35,432 nt of DNA from the IMG/VR virus record IMGVR_UViG_3300048576_000618, positions 1-35,432 of that record; one strand, 5' to 3'. Below the pieces are notes generated by a model, which did not search any database, had not been told where the DNA came from, and saw only the letters and a list, made by a program, of their open reading frames with translations. Below, piece after piece: positions 17,501-24,369 of the stretch. The translations under genes and the position numbers were made by a program. The DNA is from a virus (Duplodnaviria; Caudoviricetes). Each line of letters opens with the position of its first letter. Within the stretch, counting starts at the first letter, position 1.

Positions 17501-18966
17501 ACGGAAACATGTTCGGGATAGACCTGTATCCTACACCAAAAGAGGTCATTGAATTGATGCTAAGGAACGTAATCGTTAGCAACAAGGTAATACTTGAGCC
17601 GTCAGCGGGTACCGGCAACATCGTCGATTATTGCTATGAATACGGCGCAAAGGAAGTAATAGCTTGTGAGATCGACTCGCGTCTTCGCCGGATCCTGTCA
17701 CCAAAGTGCCACATCGTTGAAGACGACTTTATGAATCTAACGCCCGAGAAGGTGTCGCACGTGGACCTTATCGTTATGAATCCGCCTTTCAGTTCTCAGG
17801 AAAAACACGTGCTGCACGCTTGGGATATTGCACCGGCAGGCTGTCAGATCATTTCCCTGTGCAATAACTCCATGCTTGATAACCGATATTCACGGACACG
17901 TACTCAGATCATGGAGTTGGTGAATGCTTACGGCAGCTCACAGGCATTTGGAAGCTGTTTTGACACCGCGGAACGGCAAACGAATGTAGAGATCGGTTGT
18001 GTGTGGTTACATAAGCCAGGTACCGGAGAAAACGAGTTTGAAGGTTACTTCGATTTGTCGGAAGACGAACGGCGTGATATTAACGGATCCGGTATTGTGC
18101 GCTACGACTTTGTGCAGGACATTGTTTCCCGGTACGTGGAATCTGTTAGTATGTTCGACGAGGTTGACGCGGCCAATAATCGTATCAATGCAGCTATCTC
18201 CGGTGTTGTTTCTGGATTCAATATCAGATTTGGGGCTAATAAGACAGGCCGTGACAACGAATATAAGCAGATCGACAGGCAGACATTCAAAAAGGAACTT
18301 CAAAAGGCCGCTTGGAACAAACTGTTTGATCTTTTCAAAATGGACAAATACGTTACTCGTGGCGTAATGGCCGACATCAACAAGTTTGTTGAACAGCAAA
18401 CGCACGTACCATTCACTGTCAAGAATGTATACCTGATGATCCGCATGATTGTCGGAACGCATGGCAGTAGAATGGATAAAGTACTTGTTGAAGCATTCGA
18501 GAAGATATGCTCATTTTCAAAAGATAACAGCGGCGCCGGTGAAGGTTGGCGGACAAATACCGACTTCACGATAAATAAAAAATTCATTCTTCCGTATATG
18601 ACACGCATAGGTTGGTCAGGCGAATTACAGTTGAGTTATTCCAGTAGCGATAAAATGGATGACATTGTAAAAGCTTTATGTTTTCTTACTGCTATAAATT
18701 ATGATCAAGTAAAAAGATTTGATTCATTTATTTCAGACTTCAACAACGCGGTAAAGCATCCAATGAATAAGATGCAATTCGGACAATGGTATGAATGGTC
18801 ATTTTTTAGATTCAAGGGGTATAAGAAGGGTACCATGCACTTTGAGTTTATTGATGAAGACATATGGCTTCGCTTCAACCAAAAAGTAGCTGAGATTAAA
18901 GGATGGAAGAACATTTTGACACATTCAAAAAAAGCGCGCCGTCAAACAACAAGAAAAACGACTTAA
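17497..18966 (+). CDS. SAM-dependent amino (N6-adenine-type) DNA methyltransferase with a DUF4942-like C-terminal domain
   Basis: YPTP, LEPSAGTG (motif I) and MNPPF (motif IV); C-terminal F.FKGYKKGT.H..F. Confidence 0.85.
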   Translation: MNGNMFGIDLYPTPKEVIELMLRNVIVSNKVILEPSAGTGNIVDYCYEYGAKEVIACEIDSRLRRILSPKCHIVEDDFMNLTPEKVSHVDLIVMNPPFSSQEKHVLHAWDIAPAGCQIISLCNNSMLDNRYSRTRTQIMELVNAYGSSQAFGSCFDTAERQTNVEIGCVWLHKPGTGENEFEGYFDLSEDERRDINGSGIVRYDFVQDIVSRYVESVSMFDEVDAANNRINAAISGVVSGFNIRFGANKTGRDNEYKQIDRQTFKKELQKAAWNKLFDLFKMDKYVTRGVMADINKFVEQQTHVPFTVKNVYLMIRMIVGTHGSRMDKVLVEAFEKICSFSKDNSGAGEGWRTNTDFTINKKFILPYMTRIGWSGELQLSYSSSDKMDDIVKALCFLTAINYDQVKRFDSFISDFNNAVKHPMNKMQFGQWYEWSFFRFKGYKKGTMHFEFIDEDIWLRFNQKVAEIKGWKNILTHSKKARRQTTRKTT

Positions 18967-19036
18967 TTTCACAATTATTAATAATTATAAGCCTAATATT
19001 TAACTGTTTGACCGCACCATCTATTAAATATATATG

Positions 19037-19060
19037 TACTTTTGTGTATCACACTGATAC
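19037..19060 (+). promoter_or_regulatory. Promoter of the non-coding unit: -7 box TACTTTTG (19037-19044) and operator GTATCACACTGATAC (19046-19060)
   Basis: Same ATATATGTA..CTTTTG + operator architecture as the promoter at 16640. Confidence 0.75.
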
Positions 19061-19288
19061 GATAACGAATTATATCTGAAGAGAGAAATACGTACAGCGA
19101 CCGGCCAATCCGTGACGGCTAATGACCTGGTTTCGATAATCTAAAGAGAAATTTTACTAACCAAAATTTTAAGATGGGTCGCCCCCTGAAAAATAAGACT
19201 GGTTCGCTACCGTGACTGAAATGGTGCTTCCATAATAAAGTGTAATGCTGCTCTGCAAGGTGACAGTTTTCATCTTAACAGCAAGTTT

Positions 19289-19389
19289 GCCTGTTTAGCT
19301 CAACGGTAGAGCGGTAGATGCTTTTAACTTAACCATGGAACTGAGGAGTAAACATTTACAGGTCGCAAGTTCGAATCTTGCATCAGGCG
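19289..19389 (+). tRNA. tRNA-like element with expanded anticodon arm (Lys-UUU-like loop sequence CTTTTAA plus 25-nt insert)
   Basis: Acceptor GCCTGTT/ATCAGGC, D arm GCTC-AACGGTA-GAGC, variable loop AGGTC, T arm GCAAG-TTCGAAT-CTTGC. Stem GTAGATG/CATTTAC encloses 32 nt. No encoded CCA. Confidence 0.65.
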
Positions 19390-19525
19390 CATAATCCCCT
19401 GCTTTGAGGATTGAGAGGTAATAATCAGGTAAAAGCCCTCCCTATGTGCTACAGGTTATTGAGTTCAAGTCGAAATGAACAGCAAGCACAGATTGCAGAC
19501 TGACAGCCGGGAAAGACCGGCACAC

Positions 19526-19652
19526 GGAGAGATGACGAAAGTCGGATAGACGTACTATGACGATAGGTTTGTATAACAGGATATGCGTATAGGGTAGCGA
19601 GTCGGTGCAACTCCGACGAATACAAATGCCGGTTCGAATCCGGCTCTCTCCA
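19526..19652 (+). tRNA. tRNA-like element with class II (Ser/Leu-like) frame, truncated anticodon arm and ~60-nt variable arm
   Basis: Perfect acceptor GGAGAGA/TCTCTCC, D arm ACG-N13-CGT, T arm GCCGG-TTCGAAT-CCGGC. CTAT-GACG-ATAG replaces the anticodon arm. Confidence 0.65.
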
Positions 19653-19792
19653 CAAACCAAATTAGTGAACCGGTTAAAGACCGGCGGCTCTTGCAGGCCG
19701 ACAAATGTCAAAGTAGCAAGAAGGCTTTGAATCGCTAAGTGACAACATTGCTCTGTTGAGGAACTTAGTTAAAGGTTTTACAGAGAGTTTTT

Positions 19793-19824
19793 AGACCGGC
19801 GGCAATACCGTCGCCGGTCTTTTA
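19793..19824 (+). terminator. Intrinsic terminator closing the non-coding unit
   Basis: AGACCGGCGGC-AATACC-GTCGCCGGTCT followed by TTTA. Confidence 0.7.
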
Positions 19825-19836
19825 AAAGCAAGTAAT

Positions 19837-20220
19837 ATGAAGAATCTGATTATTATTGTAATAATGCTTACGTGCATATCCTGTAATAAGCATGAACCGA
19901 AAATGGATGTGATCGGAGTATGGCGTGTTACACATGTCAGTAATAACGGCAATGATTATCGTAGCGCTATGGAATATAACTGGTACCTGAATTTTTACCC
20001 GGACGGTACCTTTATATACAGTCTTCAATATGAAGATGTGAACGAATACCAAATAGGGCATTATACGATGGAACTTAACCGGATAAGCTGTGATATTCCG
20101 AAAACGCATCCGGTAACAATCGATGTATTGGATTTAAACGGCAATACAATGACGATTAAAATGCAGCAAAATACGGCTATCTCGGTGATGTATGGGATAG
20201 CTGAAAAACAGATTAAATAA
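19837..20220 (+). CDS. Lipoprotein, lipocalin-like beta-barrel
   Basis: Signal peptide MKNLIIIVIMLTCISC with lipobox Cys; IGVW and F.PDGTF motifs. Confidence 0.75.
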   Translation: MKNLIIIVIMLTCISCNKHEPKMDVIGVWRVTHVSNNGNDYRSAMEYNWYLNFYPDGTFIYSLQYEDVNEYQIGHYTMELNRISCDIPKTHPVTIDVLDLNGNTMTIKMQQNTAISVMYGIAEKQIK

Positions 20221-20231
20221 CGTTTAATGTT

Positions 20232-20363
20232 ATGAAACTAACTGATAAACAAAAGGCTCGGGTGATGCTTGCCGTAATGGCATCATGTATACTCTCTATC
20301 TGGATTATCCATATCTACGTTAAAGGATTTGATGCTTGGCTTAACTACATGATAAGTAAATGA
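20232..20363 (+). CDS. Small single-TM protein, 43 aa
   Basis: Hand-translated MKLTDKQKARVMLAVMASCILSIWIIHIYVKGFDAWLNYMISK; ATGA overlap with the next ORF. Confidence 0.55.
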   Translation: MKLTDKQKARVMLAVMASCILSIWIIHIYVKGFDAWLNYMISK

Positions 20364-20500
20364 AAAAGCACACTTTACGCCGAAAATTCAAAGCATGGAT
20401 GCTTTGGCAGGATCGTTTTTGGTCAAAGCCTGAAAACAAAGAAATGCTTACGTACATGTTTATGCATCAACAATTTGGTCAATCTGGAATTTGGCTGTAA
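20360..20500 (+). CDS. Small hypothetical protein, 46 aa
   Basis: Hand-translated MKKHTLRRKFKAWMLWQDRFWSKPENKEMLTYMFMHQQFGQSGIWL; translationally coupled to the previous ORF. Confidence 0.5.
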   Translation: MKKHTLRRKFKAWMLWQDRFWSKPENKEMLTYMFMHQQFGQSGIWL

Positions 20501-20511
20501 TAACATACAAT

Positions 20512-20766
20512 ATGGAATTTGGAAAGAAAGTGATACACGTACACATAAATGAATCTGACGAAAACAGATACTTCGGATCCATTACCGCGATGCTAAATCA
20601 AACAAACAATGGCAAAGATCTCGGTGTTACCAGAAAGGCATTATATGGATCTGGGTTTGCAACAACTGGAACATTCTCGAATGATATATGTGTAATCACA
20701 AGAGGCGAGATTGAACGGATGCCTGGCAACAGAAAGGCTCCTGTAAGGATATTGCGCGTAATTTAA
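20512..20766 (+). CDS. Hypothetical protein, 84 aa, possibly DNA-binding
   Basis: Probable start MEFGKKVIHV at 20512. YFGSITA...LGVTRKALY resembles a small HTH-like fold (weak). Confidence 0.6.
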   Translation: MEFGKKVIHVHINESDENRYFGSITAMLNQTNNGKDLGVTRKALYGSGFATTGTFSNDICVITRGEIERMPGNRKAPVRILRVI

Positions 20767-20778
20767 TAAAATCACATC

Positions 20779-21021
20779 ATGACATCTCAACAGCTCTCAA
20801 TATTTGAATCGGCTTCACCCGTAATTACTCATTCATTTCAAAGAGAAAGGGATAAGAGGGGAAGATTTAAGTATCAGGCGTCCGATCTGCTTAAGCTGAT
20901 AAAACTGTGGAAGAAACGAGCTGCCTTTTGGGAATGCAAGTACGAGGAAGAGCGAAGAAAGTGCGAGCAACTTATTAGAACAAATTCGGTTTTACAAAAA
21001 AGCATCGGAATAAATAAATAA
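20779..21021 (+). CDS. Hypothetical basic coiled-coil protein, 80 aa
   Basis: Co-oriented ORF with an RDKRGRF motif. Confidence 0.6.
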   Translation: MTSQQLSIFESASPVITHSFQRERDKRGRFKYQASDLLKLIKLWKKRAAFWECKYEEERRKCEQLIRTNSVLQKSIGINK

Positions 21022-21022
21022 T

Positions 21023-21030
21023 TATATTTG
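21023..21030 (+). promoter_or_regulatory. -7 promoter box TATATTTG, 6 nt before ATG 21037
   Basis: TAnnTTTG match in the short intergenic gap. Would give a near-leaderless transcript. Confidence 0.45.
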
Positions 21031-21036
21031 CAAAAC

Positions 21037-21543
21037 ATGGAGACACCTAAAACATTTATCACGGAAGAATACATTACCGATTATTTAAGCGATAAATCAC
21101 GTCGCTCAATCAATTCAAAGTCGCTTGTGGGTTTTAATGGAGAAACAACTAATGTTGATTCTTTGTTAGAAAGGATTTTTGGAAAAGTAAAGCTCACAAA
21201 AGAACTGGTAAGTGAAATTGAGTCTATAAAATCAACGGTTCCTGTTGTATCTTTGCTTGGAATTATAAAAAGACTACCACCGGACGTTGGTCAGATAAAC
21301 GAGACAATATCATTGCTTGAAAGGCGCATTGAAGACAAGCGAATTAATAGATCTGTAAATGCAGGTGTAAAAGAAGGCTATGAGTTGTCTATTGACATAC
21401 TGGCAAATGATGTTGAAGACATCGATAGAGAAATAAACTGCCTTAAAACTATTCAAGGCAGGGCGATTGCTTATTTGGCTATTGACTACCTTAAAGGAGA
21501 TTGCAATCAGAATATTTTGTGCGATGTACCAATAAGAAATTGA
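21037..21543 (+). CDS. Hypothetical protein, 168 aa
   Basis: Probable start METPKT at 21037; no recognised family. Confidence 0.65.
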   Translation: METPKTFITEEYITDYLSDKSRRSINSKSLVGFNGETTNVDSLLERIFGKVKLTKELVSEIESIKSTVPVVSLLGIIKRLPPDVGQINETISLLERRIEDKRINRSVNAGVKEGYELSIDILANDVEDIDREINCLKTIQGRAIAYLAIDYLKGDCNQNILCDVPIRN

Positions 21544-21545
21544 TT

Positions 21546-21743
21546 ATGGAAACGATTGACAAAGGATTTGAAAATTATAAACCATACACCTCAAAGTGTA
21601 CGATATGCACGCATTTTGATTCTATTCACTTTACATGCGTTGCTTTTCCTAATTCAATTCCATCTAAATTTTTATCAGGAACCGCCGTGCATGATAAGAT
21701 AGAAACTGGCCAAACCGGAGAAGTTACTCTTACATTGTCTTAG
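21546..21743 (+). CDS. Small Cys/His protein (CxxCxH...CxAFPxxIP...H), 65 aa
   Basis: Start METIDK at 21546. I recall this motif from small genes next to MuF-toxin genes (not verified). Converges on and overlaps the MuF stop by 14 nt. Confidence 0.7.
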   Translation: METIDKGFENYKPYTSKCTICTHFDSIHFTCVAFPNSIPSKFLSGTAVHDKIETGQTGEVTLTLS

Positions 21744-23394
21744 CTTTTGTATATTCTATGCCGTATTTGTCACACAAGCGTTTCCAAAGCACATGAAAAT
21801 GAAGTACGTTTGCCCTTTCAATATCAACCTCCTGATTTTTACTATTGCGTATTATACTTTCAAAGTACGATCTTACTTCAGAATTCATTTTCTTGTAATA
21901 TCCAACCATATCAGAAACGCTCATCCACCCCTCTTTAGGTCTTTTAATTGAAAATGTATAAAGAGGAGTTACAGCCCTCATTTCTGCCGCATTGGCACTA
22001 ATAGCGGTTGTAATATCTTCAGGACTGAATGAGCTACCTATTCGCAACAAAGAGCCTTCATCATACTTCCATCCTTTTGGATGGTTATGCGTGACTATAT
22101 TATCCTTAAAGTTGAGTAAGTCTTCACTTGAAAAAGACACAGACGTTGACCCACCCTGTTTTCTGAAAACCTCATTTCCATTCATATCAAAGGCAACCAG
22201 CGTTTCAAATTTTTTGTTTATGCGAATATCATTCTCAACAGATTTTATTTTATCGTAAACTCCAATATTACTTTTGTTTGAGTTTTCAACAGCATCCAGA
22301 TTCAAACCACCAGACAACTTCCCTCCTTTGAAATTATCCCGGATAAAGTATGGCTGTGACGTCCAGTTTTTTGATTTCTCTGTGTTTAATGCTACCCACT
22401 TTTTGAAACCGTCAGGAACGTCTGTAACTGTATTCGCAGATTGATATTTCCGGTACTCTGTACCGTATAGAGCCGCTTTCATTTCGTTCAATTCGTCCGT
22501 ATCGAATTCATCAGGATCCATCAGTATGGGTACTGCATGGCAACGGCACTGCGGGTGCCATCCTACAAACTTAAAGTCTTTTGGGTATTTACCTTTTAGC
22601 GCATCGCAAATGTCTGGGAATGGGTGGTTATTAGACAGCTTTACTTCAAATCCCGCAACAAAATCCATCTGCCGCCACCGAAGTTGATCAGATTCCCGAT
22701 AGGCCATGTTGACCTCTGATCGCGTCAATCGCATTGCGTTCTTGTAGCTGGATCTATATTTTCCTTGCCCCGGATGAAAAGCTTTAGCAGCTTTCGACAG
22801 TTGCAAGTTACCTCTTTTATCACGAACTCGACGGAAAAGCTTATCTGGATCCACAAGGAATTGGCGCAACTGTTTCGACAGATCTTGCGCAGACGTTCCT
22901 TGTCCAATTCTTACATCAATTCCGAGTTCCATTTGAGTCTTCATCTGACTGGCATAGTTCCATATCCTTTGCGAAAGATCAAGACCATTTACTTTGCGCG
23001 TTTGGAACGCGCTCAGAGCATCGAGATTGCGATCCTGCATCTTTGCCATGGTTGCTTTCTTTAGATTCGTGGTGTCGAGTATAGAAGCAATGAAGTTGTC
23101 GTTTTTATCACACGCGTAAAGCCACTGCGCCTTGACCCCATTGTTTATTACAGATTGAATGTTGTTTGCAAGACCCTGTATGATATTTTTTGCCTGCGCA
23201 TTGGCCTGTGGATAGTCTGAAAATGAGAAAGCCTTTGACGGGTCTATGTTCAATCGTATGGCAGCACGAGAAAAGTCATCGACTGCAGACTGATACAGCA
23301 TGTCGATGGCCTGTGCATACGATTCTGTCAATTTATAGCTATTGACATCATATCCCTGAAACGAAAAACCCGTTTTTTTTGGCTTCTGAGGCAT
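21730..23394 (-). CDS. MuF / SPP1 gp7-like minor head protein with a C-terminal JAB/MPN-like extension
   Basis: RL.RSE.N.AY, CD.L.G.YPKDFKF.GWHPQCRC (MuF). C-terminal E...THNHP...SFS.ED. Probable start MPQKPKK at 23394. Confidence 0.85.
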   Translation of the reverse strand: MPQKPKKTGFSFQGYDVNSYKLTESYAQAIDMLYQSAVDDFSRAAIRLNIDPSKAFSFSDYPQANAQAKNIIQGLANNIQSVINNGVKAQWLYACDKNDNFIASILDTTNLKKATMAKMQDRNLDALSAFQTRKVNGLDLSQRIWNYASQMKTQMELGIDVRIGQGTSAQDLSKQLRQFLVDPDKLFRRVRDKRGNLQLSKAAKAFHPGQGKYRSSYKNAMRLTRSEVNMAYRESDQLRWRQMDFVAGFEVKLSNNHPFPDICDALKGKYPKDFKFVGWHPQCRCHAVPILMDPDEFDTDELNEMKAALYGTEYRKYQSANTVTDVPDGFKKWVALNTEKSKNWTSQPYFIRDNFKGGKLSGGLNLDAVENSNKSNIGVYDKIKSVENDIRINKKFETLVAFDMNGNEVFRKQGGSTSVSFSSEDLLNFKDNIVTHNHPKGWKYDEGSLLRIGSSFSPEDITTAISANAAEMRAVTPLYTFSIKRPKEGWMSVSDMVGYYKKMNSEVRSYFESIIRNSKNQEVDIERANVLHFHVLWKRLCDKYGIEYTKAKTM

Positions 23395-23396
23395 TT

Positions 23397-23579
23397 TTAT
23401 CGTTGTTTGAAGTAATCGCACCTACGAGGCCAGTATCCTATCTTGTAGCCATTCGGATTGCGCTCTGTGTTCGTGCAATCAATCATTATATTCTCGACAA
23501 TACCAGGACATGAAACACATTGAAGGCAATCAATATCCGGTTTTTGCTCTATTTGGGTATTTTTCGGCATACTATTCAA
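23397..23579 (-). CDS. Small Cys-rich protein (~57-60 aa)
   Basis: CxxC..C...C...C pattern; fills the gap between the GNAT and MuF genes. Confidence 0.55.
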   Translation of the reverse strand: MNSMPKNTQIEQKPDIDCLQCVSCPGIVENIMIDCTNTERNPNGYKIGYWPRRCDYFKQR

Positions 23580-23580
23580 T

Positions 23581-23961
23581 TTACAGCGTCTTTGACATCC
23601 ACACTAAGTTGTTATCGTTGTCATCTTCTCGCAAGTATTCATACCCACGACGTTTGTACCAATCATGCATCCAAGATCCTTTTTCTACTTGTAAACTGGA
23701 TACGGATGCGCCTAATTTTCTGCCTATTTCTTCACGTATTTCCTGCAATTCGGTGCCTATGCCTTTTTTTCTTGAAGATTCGGATACGCTTAACCAGTTT
23801 AGATTAATAGTAGACTTGTCGTCGTGATACCAATACGCATGAGCAAATGCAAACCCATGTTTTTCCATTATTAGGATTTCATCTCCCCATGAATTTGTGG
23901 AGTAATGGGATATATACTTACATGGCACTTGCTGTAATATTAAATTAATATCTATTATCAT
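23581..23961 (-). CDS. GNAT-family acetyltransferase
   Basis: LSV.E.SRKKGIGTEL (acetyl-CoA motif A) and WYKRRGY (motif B). Confidence 0.85.
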   Translation of the reverse strand: MIIDINLILQQVPCKYISHYSTNSWGDEILIMEKHGFAFAHAYWYHDDKSTINLNWLSVSESSRKKGIGTELQEIREEIGRKLGASVSSLQVEKGSWMHDWYKRRGYEYLREDDNDNNLVWMSKTL

Positions 23962-23979
23962 AGTTGTTAGGTTAATAGT

Positions 23980-24009
23980 TATGGGCGAAGATTTACACCT
24001 TCACCCATA
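23980..24009. terminator. Intergenic hairpin
   Basis: TATGGGCGAAG-N8-CTTCACCCATA; no strong T-run on the coding strand. Confidence 0.4.
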
Positions 24010-24017
24010 TTTAATGT

Positions 24018-24308
24018 TTACAGCTTTGTAAGCGTACTCCCGGATTCTGTCACAATAAAGTATGACATCTTTCGGAGAGGCAGATCATTTTCAATAAAAA
24101 ATGTCTGTTGTCTCTGAGTTACCAGTAAAGCTCTGATTTTTGATTTGTCTTCATTAGGATAATCAGAATCTATTGCTTCATCAAACTCTGTAGTTACTCC
24201 ATTTTTCAAAATAGAATAAGATCCTCCGATGTCAAAATCAGTTGTTACGCTACCAAACGGAGAATTTTCATCTTTCCTGCGTTCTTCAATTACTCTTAAT
24301 GTGTACAT
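24018..24308 (-). CDS. Hypothetical protein, ~96 aa
   Basis: Probable start MYTLRVIEE at 24308. Confidence 0.65.
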   Translation of the reverse strand: MYTLRVIEERRKDENSPFGSVTTDFDIGGSYSILKNGVTTEFDEAIDSDYPNEDKSKIRALLVTQRQQTFFIENDLPLRKMSYFIVTESGSTLTKL

Positions 24309-24369
24309 GATGTATATATTTATATATGTGCCTACTCTATTAAAGGTTTTCGGCATCCCCTATTGTATT

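Larger units (their letters stand above)
19050..19824 (+). ncRNA. Candidate large structured non-coding RNA (~770 nt) containing two tRNA-like domains
   Basis: No plus-strand ORF of 60 aa or more in the track. Bounded by a promoter and a terminator hairpin, with many complementary stems readable by eye. Confidence 0.65.

Noticed and set aside
19046-19095. Hammerhead ribozyme (CTGAAGA...GAAA)
   Set aside because: Only 2 nt separate the core motifs (no stem II), and stem I cannot be formed.
19289-19652. Ordinary decoding tRNAs, suppressor tRNAs or tmRNA
   Set aside because: Neither element has a canonical 5-bp/7-nt anticodon arm. There is no G3-U70 Ala acceptor or tag ORF, and genes read normally in code 11, so there is no sign of stop-codon recoding.
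19442-19711. Minus-strand ORFs of 89 and 68 aa over the ncRNA region
   Set aside because: They are antisense to the tRNA-like elements, have no family resemblance and oppose the local promoter and terminator orientation.
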